DNA from: the human T2T-CHM13v2.0 reference genome, Homo sapiens
Reading direction: 5' to 3' (one strand)
NCBI RefSeq assembly: GCF_009914755.1
Contig: NC_060945.1
Length of the DNA: 64,000 nt
Part shown: piece after piece, positions 1 through 32,634 of the stretch
How positions within the stretch are numbered: the first letter of the stretch is position 1
Layout: each line of letters begins with the position of its first letter
The notes under the pieces: model-generated
Seen by the model: only the letters and a program-made list of their open reading frames with translations
Databases searched by the model: none
What the model was told of the DNA's origin: nothing
Program-made: the position numbers and the translations under genes

Positions 1-62
1 GTGTGTGCGCGTGTGCGTGTGTGTGTATCCACCTTGTCTTTTATTTACATTAACATTAGTCT

Positions 63-367
<305 letters not shown>

Positions 368-1273
368 TTAGGTGCCAAAAAGCTCTTGACTCTTCCATTT
401 CAAGGAAAGCACAATGCCTCCAGCCAAGGCCTGCAGAGATGCTGCTGGGCCCACGCTCCACGTACACAGGCATGCACTCGCTGAGGAGGGCAACCCTGGT
501 GCTGCTCCTTATGACAGTCACACGCAGGTACCCGGTCACCACCCACTCCAGACACACACCGGGAAACACAGGCGACAGAGAGGGTGGGGCAAGGACAAGG
601 CAGCAGTGAAGAGAACCCAGAGAGTCAGCGCCCAAGCACACGGCACTCAGGAGACTGATGGGCGGGAACACATAGGAAAAAGCCTCTATCAGCCACTGGG
701 CATCTCGAGGCCAGCAGCCAAGGCAGCCTCACGCCCCCAAGCCGACACTTCGAGACCGGCAGGACTCACGTGGCCTCAGGTCACAGCACAGTCACATGGA
801 GGTGACTTTCCAAGGAGGCCAGAACTGACAGGGAGGGGACGTCCCGGCCAGTGGGCAGAGCCACCCAGCGTTTACAGTCCAGGGCACCAGCAGCATGGGG
901 CCTCTGCAGCCCCCATGAGAGGGAACCCAACGCCAATCACCTGCACCTGACGGAGGCGCCGCTCACAGTGGCTGCTGGGCTTTGCCGTCCACCCCCCACC
1001 CGATGACCGAGAACCGCAGCGACGTCCTCATGCCCCCAGTGGGTGGGACCCTAAAATACCACAAATATATGATATTCCCTAAAACAAACAGAAGACTCAA
1101 AACACGTGCATTAGTCAGAAAAGGCTCTGAAATTTTCCAATTAGGTTTAGCCTTTAATATACTGCTTCAAGGAAAGCACCGTGGGCGCAGGACGACAGAT
1201 TCCTGAGGCCCACGGCTGCCATGAACCCAGGACCACGCACCTCGCACAGGCGAGGAGTCAGTTCCCACCATGT

Positions 1274-1351
1274 CCATGACGCCACACAACCACAAACCCA
1301 GCGCGGGAGACGCCCATGACACCACACAACCACAAACCCAGCGCGGGAGAC
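1274..1351. repeat. 40-bp tandem duplication
   Basis: ccatgac(g/a)ccacacaaccacaaacccagcgcgggagac x2. Confidence 0.9.
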
Positions 1352-2047
1352 ACTAGACTCTTTGCGGACTTTAAAATCATACAGAATCAACGAAGCACGG
1401 CTGGGTGGTGGTGTTCAGTGTTAAGCAGTGAACATCACGTGGTTTGGGGGAGTATAGATAACGTAATGTGTATTTCCAATTCACTCCAACTAAATAAAAG
1501 GTTTACACTTGGCAAATACATTCATTCTGGCTCCTTCAAAGCTCCTCTCCAAAATCTCTCCAGACACAACCAAACAAGAACAGAACGCCGAGGCTGGGCG
1601 AGAAGGAGCAGGGCCGGTGCTGGGGAGTGCTTGGAAGGAGCGCCTGCCACACTCAGAAGATGGCAACGAGCAACGCTCCCGAGGATGAGAGGGCCGCCCT
1701 GAAACTCACAGCACCTCGGCTACGCAGGCGTGCCCACAGGAAGCCAAACACGACGGCAGAACAGCTGCAGACTTCCAGCCCAGAAGTCTTGGGACTCGAT
1801 AAGCAAACAGCTATCTGAGAAAACAGACTTCATGAAGACGACTGGCTGAGATAAAGATATTCTTAGGAGTGAGTTCACCACAGAACCGCTGGGGACAACC
1901 GCCAGCTGCTCCTCTCTGGAGAGACGTCCTTCTGTTCCGATGGGTGAACCCACAGCCCCATCTCAGGCCACACTGGCACTAACGAGGACCGAGACAGCGT
2001 GCCATCGCCTCCCAACCAGACAAAAAGGAGGCGTGACCAGTCCTTAC

Positions 2048-20370
<18,323 letters not shown>

Positions 20371-20660
20371 GGTCGGCCGGTCGCTCTATCAGTCAGTGGA
20401 GCGTTACAACTCCGACTCCAGCACAAGCGGTCTCCGCCCGGAACAGCCGCGGCGCCGGAAGTGGACCTGCGAGGTGGGGCCATGCGAGTGCGCAGCCTCA
20501 AAAAGCAGCTCGCCCCGCTCCCTCGCCATCCGCCCCGCCCCTCGCCAACGGGCTCGCCTCCCGGCGCGGCTGAGGTTCAGTGCGCCTGCGCGATAGAGGA
20601 AAGGAGCCTGGTAGCGAGGAGAGCGGCTGAGGCTCAGTGCGCCTGCGCGGCGCGGATGGG

Positions 20661-20768
20661 CGAGGCGTGACCGAGGGGCGAGGCGTGACCGAGGGGCGAG
20701 GCGTGACCGAGGGGCGAGGCGTGACCGAGGGGCGAGGCGTGACCGAGGGGCGAGGCGTGACCGAGGGG
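20661..20768. repeat. 18-bp promoter VNTR, six perfect copies, each with an ERE half-site (GGTCA on the minus strand)
   Basis: (CGAGGCGTGACCGAGGGG)x6, 291-398 nt upstream of the PTTG1IP ATG. Confidence 0.95.
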
Positions 20769-21268
20769 CTCGCCGCGGCTCCTGCGCCTGCGCGGCGGGG
20801 AACGGCGACCGGCTGAGGGGACTAGGGGAGCGCGGTGCTTCGGTGGCGGAGGTCACGGTGGCCTCCATCCTAAAGGGCTGCGGGCGTCCCGGACGGCGGT
20901 CCCAAGCGCTGCTCACGCTGCTCTTAAGTGAGCCCTGGACGAGGCGCGGTGGGCCCTCATAGTCCGCGCCGGCGCCCTCGCTCCACACCGCGGCGTCCGG
21001 CCCTGGGCTCCCGCCGATGTCCGCGTGGGACTTTTAGGGGATTTGTTTATTTTTGTACGTTAACCACACTAGAAACGGCCCCAGAATGGGCTGAAACGTG
21101 TGCTGCTGAAGCTGCCACCTAAACTCCCGAGAGAAGCGCCGTTTCTCCTCCATGGCTTCTCGCCGACGCCCTCGCTGCGGCCTTCCGGGCCCCTCGGTTG
21201 ATAAAAGGACTAAATAGTGACGGACATTTTTAAGGCTACTTAAGAAATGGCAAAAATACATTTAGAGG

Positions 21269-21720
21269 TGTGAACCCGAACACACTGCGCGCTTTAAGCC
21301 CCGCGAGAGCCGGGGCCGCCCGCTTCCGTGCGCCCGTAGCTCCTTTCTCGGGTCCGGGATTCGCCGGTGCCGGGGACAGAAACCTCCTGCCTTCTTAGTT
21401 CATGACGCTTGTAGATGAACTTCCCTGTTTTCTGCACTGCTTAGACCAGAAGACGGGAAACCGTGACTGCCGCACCCTTCCCTGAAGCAGGCACTGCCCG
21501 TCGTCCATCAAACGCGAGGACTGCGCCCACCTCGTAGGAAGGACGCCGCGGTCCTGCTAAAAGCCTCCGCCTCTGCCTGCCCGAGGGCACCCTTCCCCTC
21601 CCCGCTTCCGAGGGCGGACTCCATTCCTCTGGAGCCGGTGTTTCCGGGTGGGCCAGCCTCCAACTGCCTTTGAATAACCCCCCCTTACATTAGATTCTGA
21701 CCCTGTGGTGATTTTAGGTT
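21269..21720 (+). mobile_element. Putative 5' LTR of the provirus (MER4-group-like), overlapping the CpG-island edge
   Basis: Starts TGTGAACCC...TAAGCCCC and ends AATAA...TAGATTCTGACC...TTTTAGGTT, resembling recalled ERV1 LTR termini; followed by leader/gag-like sequence. Confidence 0.4.
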
Positions 21721-22888
21721 GGGATTTGGGCGCCTGCAGATGGCTCCGAAGCCAGCCTCTTGTGATCCGAGCCACTTCTCTGGCACTCGGAGCGCTGGCA
21801 CCCGCGGAGCGGCCTTGGTTCACCGGACCGCCTGGGAACCTGGCCGGGGTCTCTGGCAGCCTCCCAGGGCTGAGGTTCAGACTCTGTTCCGCCTACCCAG
21901 GTCCACACCTGATAGGGCTGGAGTTGAGGCTTGGTTTTAAGGCAAGAGTTTCGTTTGTTATTTCTCCAAAGAGTCAGCTGTTTGCAGGTGTGTGGTTAAC
22001 ACTATCCTTCGAGGTTAAGGTTTTGTTCGTCTTGCTAAAGTTTGCAACCTTTTTTGTCCTTCAGATTTGGAGAAGGGGAAAGCAGTTTCTCTTTGAAAAG
22101 AAGCAGCGAATCGTGGCTTAAGCAAAATTTGTAATCCTTAAAACTGGCCAGGCTCTGGAGCTGAGTTCAATTTGACATGTCTAAACTTCCTTCTTGAGTA
22201 ACCAGATTTTCCCTTACAGTCTTTTGTCACTTAAGAGAACTCATAGGCAATCGTCCATCCAAAACAAGTCTTTCTCCTTCAGGGAGGACCCATCTTTGGA
22301 AACTCCAGCTGGTTTCCTGTGCAGTGCTTATGGTGCCACCTCTCGTTATATTTAGAAAAATGGTCTCACGTAACTTGAGAAAAAACATTTCAGTGACCAA
22401 AGCCGGGTACCATTGGAACACCAAGCTAATTTACTTGTTTGCTCAATTGGAAAACGCTGGCTCTAGGATAAAACGGAATCTTTGGGAGAGTTATTTTTTA
22501 TGGTAGTTGGAAGCATCCAAAAGAAGTTCTAATAAAGGTATTTATGAGAGAAAAACAAAAATTATCTAAAATAATTTCTGAATTTAAAAAAGACTACTGA
22601 AATTTCTCCCCCTCCTCCCTCAGCTCCTTCTCTTTATCCTTTGTTGTCTGAATTACCTCGCCCAGACCCACCTTTCTTCCTCCTCCTCCTCCTGTTTTGG
22701 GGCCATTGCTCAAACAGCCAGTGTCTCTCATAGGGGACGACTATGTGCCCTAGTTCATGAGTTATGGTCAAAGGTAGAACTTAAAAGTATAATCAAGGAA
22801 TTTCCTGATGCTCACCAGGACCCCACTGGTTTTTCCAGAGAATTTAAATACCCGAGTGTGTGACCCTGCCTCTACTTTGGGAAAAATA

Positions 22889-23182
22889 ATTTTTTTTTTT
22901 TTGAGACGGAGTCTCGCTCTGTTGCGCGGGCTGGAGTGCAATGGCTCAATCTTGGCTCACTGCAACCTCCGCCTCCCAGGTTCAAGCGACTCCTCTGCCT
23001 CAGCCTCCCGAGCAGCTGAGACCACAGGCACGCACCACCACGCCCGGCTAATTTTTGTATTTTTAGTAGAAATGGGGTTTCACCATATTGGCCAGGTTGG
23101 TCTTGAACTCCTGACCTTGTGATCCACCTGCCTCAGCCTCCCAAAGTGCTGGGATTACAGGCGTGAGCCACCACGCCTGGCC
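22889..23182 (-). mobile_element. Alu inserted in the ERV gag/pro region
   Basis: Dimer; approximate TSD aaaaat(a/t)attt. Confidence 0.95.
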
Positions 23183-23765
23183 ATAAAAATTATTTAAAAT
23201 AGTTAACACGAGTTCCCATTGCTGACATAAGCTTTTGCTGATAGAGCAGCCGTGTTTTCTGTAATAAATCCCATCTTGTTACAAGGTTCCATTCCTTGGA
23301 GTCAAAAAAAAGTTCAAAGGGTAGGTGTCACTAATACGCCTGTAACGGCACGTAAATCTCAGCCTATAGCTTTTCAACTAGGTCCTTTACAAGGGACTCA
23401 CATTTTCCTTCTGGTTCTATCAGCTGCCAGCCATCTTATAAAAGGAGACTTCTTAGAATTACAATATCCACGTTTCTTTCTCCCAAAGGGGGAAGACGTA
23501 TTTAGAATTAGATGAGAAAGCTGAGTTACTAGACATAAAAAAAGTTTCAAAATCTAACCCAATTGCGATCCCTAATTGCCCTAGAAGACACTGAATTATT
23601 GAATAATGAAGAATTACAAAACCTACTAAAGGCAGTACTTGATCAAATATGGTCAGAGTCTTCCACTGATACTGGAAGAATCCTCTTGGCTACCCCGATC
23701 AAAGTCCTTTAGTGTAGTGGACTTATTAGCACATCCTTCAGTAGTTCTGTGTGTGAAAGTGTTGA

Positions 23766-24172
<407 letters not shown>

Positions 24173-24693
24173 TCTTTTGACTTGTTCTTAAAAAAAATTT
24201 TTTATTACAATACATGGGCAGTTTACTCCTTTGCTCAGAAGATAAGCAAAGCTTTTATAGAAGATGGGATACATTCATTACAACAGCCCTAAAGGGACAT
24301 AAAATTCCTAAAGAAAAACCTCAATTTTATAAAAAACAAAGTACTTGGGCCACTTAATATCTAAAGAAAGACTTTCTACTAATCTAGATAGACTGAAAGG
24401 AATTTTAGCTTTCCACCACCAACAACCAAGAAACAAAAGGATGTGGAGGACTGGCAGGATATTATAGAAATTGGATCCCAAACTTTTCTTTAAAGCTCAG
24501 TCCTTATACGCTCTCTAAAAACAGGACATGCCAGGACTTTAGAGTGGTCAGAAGAAAATACACCAACATTTGAAATGATCAAACGTGACCTTGCTAATGC
24601 TCCGCCTTTGGGGCATACAAATTATAACCTTCCATTCTATTATTTGTATAATACATGAAAGTGGTGGAGATGCTTTAGGGGTTCCTAAAACAC

Positions 24694-25308
24694 TGTTATA
24701 TGTAAAAATTGTTATTTAGAAACAGAATGCTTGTTCCCAAGTGCTGCAAAGACACAGCACTCGAACATAAATTTAATTCTCTCAGCAAGGCCATTTTTAC
24801 TTTCTGCAGAAGGGGTGCTCATCACAGATGGAACAATGGCGAGAGCACACCTGAACAAAGGAGGGAAGCCATTTTCATCCCTGCCGCTGTTTGGCCCTGC
24901 TACTGTGTCCTGTCTCCATTGGCTGGAGCCAGACCTCACAATCTAAACTAAAACCCGATTGGCTAACAGTTTAAAACTTTTCTAAATAGGTAAAAGTAAT
25001 GGAAAGACAAAGGAAAAGAGGAAGTTGCTTAATACCAAATAGGGAAGGGGCATAGGCTGCGAGCTGGAATGTGCCTGTGGGCAGGTCCAGCACAAATATC
25101 CTGGTTAAGGTTCAAGGACATAGAATGTACTACGTGCCCGTGAGCAAGTGTAACAGCTACACAGGCTAGAGCTTAACGAGCAGTTATTAGCACGAAGCCA
25201 GGAGGCTTGAAGGAAGTTAGTTTTTAAAAGAAACTATTATTTTTAACACTTATGATTTACTCTTTAACAAGAAGGGAAACTTTGAAGAGGAACTTTTTGC
25301 TTTCTACA
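24694..25308 (-). mobile_element. Solo LTR (LTR10/HERV-I-like) nested in the ERV pol region
   Basis: TG...CA termini; 5-bp target-site duplication AACAC (24689-24693 and 25309-25313); CCAAT and AGTAAA on the minus strand; subfamily from recall. Confidence 0.8.
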
Positions 25309-26153
25309 AACACAAAGATCGAAACAGACAATCATTGCCACAGTTCCCTAAAATATAATCCAGGAAAACCATTATAAGGACATTTCCCTTTACCCGAGGC
25401 CCTTGTGAGTTATGACCATTAGATGCCATGCTGTTGCCACCCTCAGAAACATACAAACATGTTCTGATAACAATTTACTTGTTTTCTCACTGGGCAGAGG
25501 CATTTCCATGCAGAAGAGCACTGCCTTAGCAGTGAGTAAAATTGCTGTAGAAAAAGGTATTGCAACCTGGGGAGTTCCTCTGGAACTTGTAGCAATAGAG
25601 GAACTCACTTCGCTGGACGGATGATTCAATCAGTATGTAAACTTTGGCCCATCCTCCAGCATTTCCATTGCGCTTACCACACCCAGTCATCTGGGTTAGT
25701 GAAATGCACCAATGGAATAATCAAAACTCAGTTGGCAAAATTAACCAAGGCTTTTCAAATTCCTTGGTCAGAAGTTCTTCTACTGGTTCTGCTTAATCAG
25801 AGGTCGACCCCTTTAGGTAAACACCAGTTATCTCTGCTAAAAATTAGGCAGACCCATGAAATTATCTCCAAGAAACTGTACGTCTATGATATTAAAGGGA
25901 GACATATTCAGCTATTGCAGTGCCCTTGCAAAACATTAATGAAAAATTATAATTGGCAAAAATAATCTTTTCACAGTGAGCTCCTGGGAAACAAAAATTT
26001 CAAGGACCACAGACTTCAACCAGGAGATTTTGTCTATTGGAAATGACATTTTTTAAAAAGTCTCTGCAACCTGCTATGGACCTTATCAGGTACTCCTGAC
26101 CAGCCTTCACCATAAAATTAGAAGACGACCCTTGAATTCACATCTCCCATCTA

Positions 26154-26533
<380 letters not shown>

Positions 26534-27198
26534 TTATGCCGGTCACAAGGTCAAATATTTCATACCGTTTCACACTCACCAATCTTCCTCATCTACAGTC
26601 TTGTCAGATTCATCCTGTATTCCATTGGTATCATCATTTAGCTTCTGTCTTTCTGCCATAACTGGGTATTGAAGGCGTTACTTGACACGTAGAGGCCCTC
26701 ACCAGTTACACACAAAAGGCCTTAAGATATAGCCAGGTATCTCATGATTAAATGATAAACTTACCTGAGAAAATCTGTATTATAAAACCATATGGCTTTA
26801 GACATACTCACCGCAGCTCGAGGGTAACCTGTGCTATCGTAAAACTAAAAGCTGTGTCTGTATCCCAGATAAACCAAATAACATCACTAAATTCATGGCT
26901 GATGTGAAATCCACATAAACCAACCTTTCAGAGCCAAAACCTCCTCCAAACAACTGGCTAAATAGCTGGTTGGGATCTTGGCAAAATTAGTGACAAAAAC
27001 TGTTAACTTATTCTAGAAATTACAATCATTTTTTACGTTTGTCCTGTTTGCTCAGGCTCAGCATAAAGGGATAAAGTGGATGCAAAGGGACCTTAGTGAC
27101 AGCAAACTGTGTCTCTGACCCACGTCTTCCAGTTCAAATACTTTACATCTTCATTGGGATCTTCGATTGTATCAAAAGATGTTTAAAAAGCCATTTGC

Positions 27199-27486
<288 letters not shown>

Positions 27487-29039
27487 TCAGTTTGCAGAAA
27501 CAGAATAAACACAAGTCTAGTTTAGAACTATGCCCCTGAAACAATACAACCACACAATGCTAATTTAATGGTATTTGAAGGACATTAGGTGTTTGTAAAC
27601 ATTAACCAAAACTCGGTGAATATCACCACATTTTAAACAATGCACAATGGCATTTTAAAATATAACTAAGTTCTGGGACAACTTAACAATGCAGAAGTTC
27701 AAAAAATGCATGGTATAACCCCAGTTCCTGTTTTAACCGCATGGAAGTCAAGATTTAAAAAGAGGAAATGGGAGGCATTGTGTAATTTAACATGTCTGGA
27801 ATCCAAAGATACATATTCAATTGTCAAAGAGCTTCAAGCTCAGAGGAATGACCCAAACGGCACATTGTACAGGAAGTACAACCGTTATGACTCTTTACAG
27901 AAACAGGATGATTACTTAGAGCAGTCTGGAATTAAAAGTGCATATGTCTTTCCATGAAGAAAGATGGTTAGGGAATTAAACTGATACAGTCACAATGGTA
28001 TCAACTTAGGAGAAATGACAGCCGAGCCCCAGAGCAATGGAAAGGGCTGTCCACAGGACCAGACAGCCACAGTGGGCTGGGGCCAGAGAGGGGAAGTTCC
28101 AGGGTCCCCACCTAGTTGTGCATATTGGAGTCACCTGCCAGGGATTTCCACCAGCGGGTTTATTTGGTGGTTAAGTGTCTGTGCAGTTGGATTTTTTTTG
28201 TATGTGGTCATTATGAGTACATTCCTTAGTGGGTGACTTCCAGAGAGGCTGCATAAAAAGAGTGAAGCTTCTGGCAACCCATTAAACCACCAGATGCTTA
28301 ACACTGGGGAGAACAAGGAGAGCACCTGAAGGTCCCAGACTTTGGACTCACTTTGGAAGGGGCTAGACAGTGTGGAGCCTTGGACAGGCAGGGATCAGCA
28401 GGGTCTGGGGTGAGGCATGGAGGGAGGGAGAGAGGGCTGGGCCCACAGGCCACAGCCCATTTCCCATGATGGGACTAAGCAGCGGTGTGGAACCTGCACC
28501 CCTGGTATGTGGGAGGACTCCTGTGGGGCTGCACACGGTTGGCAGCTTCATGGCTTCAGAGCTGGTCTGTGCCACGCGAGGTCTCTTGTGCTCAGGAGTT
28601 TGTCCTTGACCAAGGCACAGAGAGTTCCGGTTGCCCATCCCTTGCAAGCAGTTATGATTCTCAAAGCACTTCCTGTGCCAGCCTCTCTGCATCCTCCCAG
28701 GGCCAAGCTTTAGTGATCCCTCCACCTATACTTTTGACAAGACAAAACACAGCTTGTTCCAGGTCAGGCAGCCAGTAAGAAGTAGAGCTGGACGTGGACT
28801 GGGGGCTCACCCTTGGAGTCCGTGCTTCTTCCCCATGTCTCAGGAGCTCCCCTCATTTCTCTGGAACAAGGTTGGAACGTCAAAAAGACCTTCTGAAAAC
28901 TGGCAGGAAAATGTCAGAAAAATCACAAAATGGATTGAGGGCATCTGACAGTTTGTCTTGCTAGAGGCACGTCTGGGGGTGATCCAGGCCCTTGCTGCAA
29001 TCACTGAGATGGATCTCGAGCAGGGGCACGTGTCCTAGG

Positions 29040-29593
29040 ACCCTGGCTCAGGGCCTATTGCCCACTGCATGGTGATATACCAGCACACTGAAAGAGAGGG
29101 AGTTGCCACAGAGAAAGTCCAAGACGCGTGGGCAGCCAAGCGAGGAGATGGGAGGAAACCTCAAACCCACCTCCCGAGGGGCTTGGGGATGGTGTTTTTC
29201 AGGTGTCTGGGCAGGTGATGGGGTCTGAGACGTGGGGATCGCTGATTGGTGAGTATGAGTGGTGAAGTCACGGGATAGGGGATGAAGAAACCACATTCCT
29301 GAGCTGAGTCGGTTCCTTGGTGGGGCCTTCAGACCAGTTGGCGTCAGCTGTTCTGCTGGAATTCAGGGTGTGGGAAACACCTTAAGCAATTCTTGGCTTA
29401 AAAGGTCCAGGCTCAGAGATTCCACCTGTAGGAACAACGGGGAGCAGGTGATCCGTGTGCCTCGTGACTCTTGTTAAGTTAGCAGCTGCAGTGAGTTGGG
29501 TGGTGGTGCCTGCCACACCCTGGTCAGTGCCTAACTCCAATTCTGCCCAAAGCCTGCGTTGGAATTCTCAGTAACCCTGTGAGGAGGGTTTCA
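29040..29593 (-). mobile_element. ERV1 solo LTR (LTR8/LTR26-like); left boundary approximate
   Basis: Minus strand starts TGAAACCCTCCTCACAGGGTTAC; body resembles MER4-group LTRs. Confidence 0.6.
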
Positions 29594-29743
29594 CTCAGGG
29601 CTGGCATCTGATCTTTGCCGGACGTGCTCCAGGCCAGGCCCTCTGATTGCCTGGGTCACCTGAGGTCACCCTCCCCCATCCCTCCTTCCTGAGAGGGCAT
29701 CACCACCCTGCACACACCCCTGTAGACCATACCTTGATGTCAA

Positions 29744-30039
29744 TTTTTTTTTTTTGAGATGGAATCTAGCTTTGTTGCCAGGCTGGAGTGCAGTGGCGCA
29801 ATCTCGGCTCACCACAACTTCCGCCTCCTGGGTTCAAGCCATTCTCCTGCCTCAGCCTCCTGAGTAGCTGGGATTATAGGCACGTGCCGCCACACCAAGC
29901 TAATTTTTGTATTTTTAGTAGAGATGGGGTTTCACCATGTTGGCCAGGGTGGTCTCGATCTCCTGACCTTGTGATCTGCCCACCTCGGCCTGCCTCCCAA
30001 AGTGCTGGGATTACAGGCGTGAGCCACTGCGCCCAGCCA
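29744..30039 (-). mobile_element. Alu (AluS-like)
   Basis: Dimer plus poly(T). Confidence 0.93.
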
Positions 30040-30075
30040 GTGTCGACAATTTGACCTCCATCTCCTAGCTTTGTC

Positions 30076-30250
30076 TAGTGGTTCTCAAACTACAGCGTGC
30101 ATCAGTATCCCTGGAGGACCTGCAAAGCCCAGATTGCTGAGCCCACCCGGAGTGCTGCCGACTAGCTGGTCCGGGGCCAAGCCAAGAATGCGCCTCTGAC
30201 AGGTTTCTAGGTGAGGCTTGTTCTGCTGCCAAGGCCAGCCTTGGGGAACT
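30076..30250. mobile_element. MER5A-like hAT DNA transposon remnant
   Basis: Begins agtggttctcaaact...gtgcatcag, typical of MER5A. Confidence 0.6.
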
Positions 30251-30501
30251 GAGGCTCAAGGCCAGCGGGTGTCCACCCTGGCTGCACAGCAGCCTCCCCG
30301 AGGAACACTGAACACCAGTCACGGCAGCCCTTCTCCGACAGGGCAGGGGCTTTTAAAGCCCCAGGTGCAGGCTGAGTGGGGACCCCTGAGCTGGGAAGTG
30401 AGCGGTGTTGGAGCATCTGGCCATTTCTAGCTCCTCCCACCTGCCCAGGTAAAGTCTCCCAGGCATATACAGTAAGAGGTTATCACGCAGTTAGAAGTTC
30501 G

Positions 30502-30910
<409 letters not shown>

Positions 30911-31264
30911 ACAGTTACAATTTTAAAGTAGGGGACCTAAAGCAGATGCCACCCACATGTGCCCATTTGCAGGTCTGCAGTGGCCCTGGCAGTGTGGCCA
31001 GCTGTGTGACTTGCCCAGACAAACTAAGGGGTTTCCCAGGACAAAGGCCTTCCTGTGCTAGAACTGAGACGTTCACCAACTGCAACCACGGCCAGCAGCC
31101 TGCTTGTGTCCAGAGCTCTCAGGCAGGATCTGTGTGGAGCTTGGTGCTGAATTCTGCTCTGGGACCGTGAGCAGCTTTGGCACAGCCCAGGGCTGTTTCC
31201 ACACTTCCACTAAAGCAGTACTGGCTCCCTCCCCTCTGAGTACCCCAGTGGGAGGCAGAGGGGG

Positions 31265-32340
31265 CTCTGTAGACAGCCAGAGGGGAGGTGTAGACACAGT
31301 TGGAGGAGAGGTATAGACAGCTGGGGGGGAGATGTAGATAGCTGGAGGGAAGGAGTAGATGGCTGAAGGGAAGGCATAGACACAGCTGGAGGGGAAGTGT
31401 AGGCACAGCCAGAGGGGAGGTGTAGATGGCTAGAGGGGAGGTGTAGATGGCTGGAAGGGAGGTGTAGACGGCTGGAGAGGAGGTGTAGACAGCTGGAGGG
31501 GAGGTGTAGACTGCTGGAGGGGAGGTGTAGACTGCTGGAGGGGAGGTGTAGACTGCTGGAGGGGAGGTGTAGATGGCTGGAGAAGAGGTGTAGATGGCTG
31601 GAGGGGAGGTGTAGACTGCTGGAGGGGAGGTGTAGATGGCTGGATAAGAGGTGTAGATGGCTGGAAGGGAGGTGTAGACTGCTGGAGGGGAGGTGTAGAT
31701 GGCTGGAGAGGAGGTGTAGACGGTTGGAGGGGAGGTGTAGACTGCTGGAGGGGAGGTGTAGACTGCTGGAGGGGAGGTGTAGATGGCTGGAGAAGAGGTG
31801 TAGACGGCTGGAGGGGAGGTGTAGACTGCTGGAGGGGAGGTGCAGACGGCTGGAGAAGAGGTGTAGACGGCTGGAGGGGAGGTGTAGACTGCTGGAGGGG
31901 AGGTGCAGACGGCTGGAGAAGAGGTGTAGACGGCTGGAGGGGAGGTGTAGACTGCTGGAGGGGAGGTGTAGATGGCTGGAGAAGAGGTGTAGACGGCTGG
32001 AGGGGAGGTGTAGAATGCTGGAGGGGAGGTGCAGACGGCTGGAGAAGAGGTGTAGACAGCTGGAGGGGAGGTGTAGACTGCTGGAGGGGAGGTGTAGATG
32101 GCTGGAGAAGAGGTGTAGATGGCTGGAGGGGAGGTGTAGACTGCTGGAGGGGAGGTGTAGACGGCTGGAGAAGAGGTGTAGACGGCTGGAGGGGAGGTGT
32201 AGACTGCTGGAGGGGAGGTGTAGATGGCTGGAGGGGAGGTGTAGATGGCTGGAGGGGAGGTGTAGATGGCTGGAGGGGAGGTGTAGAGCTGGAGAGGAGG
32301 TGTAGATGGCTGGAGGGGAGGTGTAGATGGCTGGAGGGAG
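31265..32340. repeat. 21-bp G-rich VNTR, ~50 copies, just downstream of the ITGB2 poly(A) site
   Basis: gctggaggggaggtgtaga(ct/tg/cg) units with gagaagagg variants. Confidence 0.97.
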
Positions 32341-32634
32341 GGCAGACAGGTACCCGCTTTCCTGCTTTGCCTCTGCCCTGGCCAGGCTCCGCTGCAGGCA
32401 CCTCTTTGGTGGGGCCACCACCGTTTACGGAAATGCACCTAGGATTTGGGACAGGGCCTCAGAGCGGGGCTCTGTATAGACCAGCAGGTGAGGAAGGAAA
32501 AGGGAAAACAGAACCTGCCCCATGGTCTGAAGCCAGCTGTGTGCCTGTGTGGCAAAGGTCAGCGGGCAGGACAGGGCCCACGTGTGCCTGGCCACCTTGC
32601 CAGTCGGGGGAATACAGCGGACACAGTGCCCAGT

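Noticed and set aside
31119-32438. Long ORFs of 439, 403, 323 and 193 aa (extensin- or mucin-like YTSPPA repeats)
   Set aside because: They arise from a stop-poor 21-bp unit open in several frames at once; no splice or promoter support
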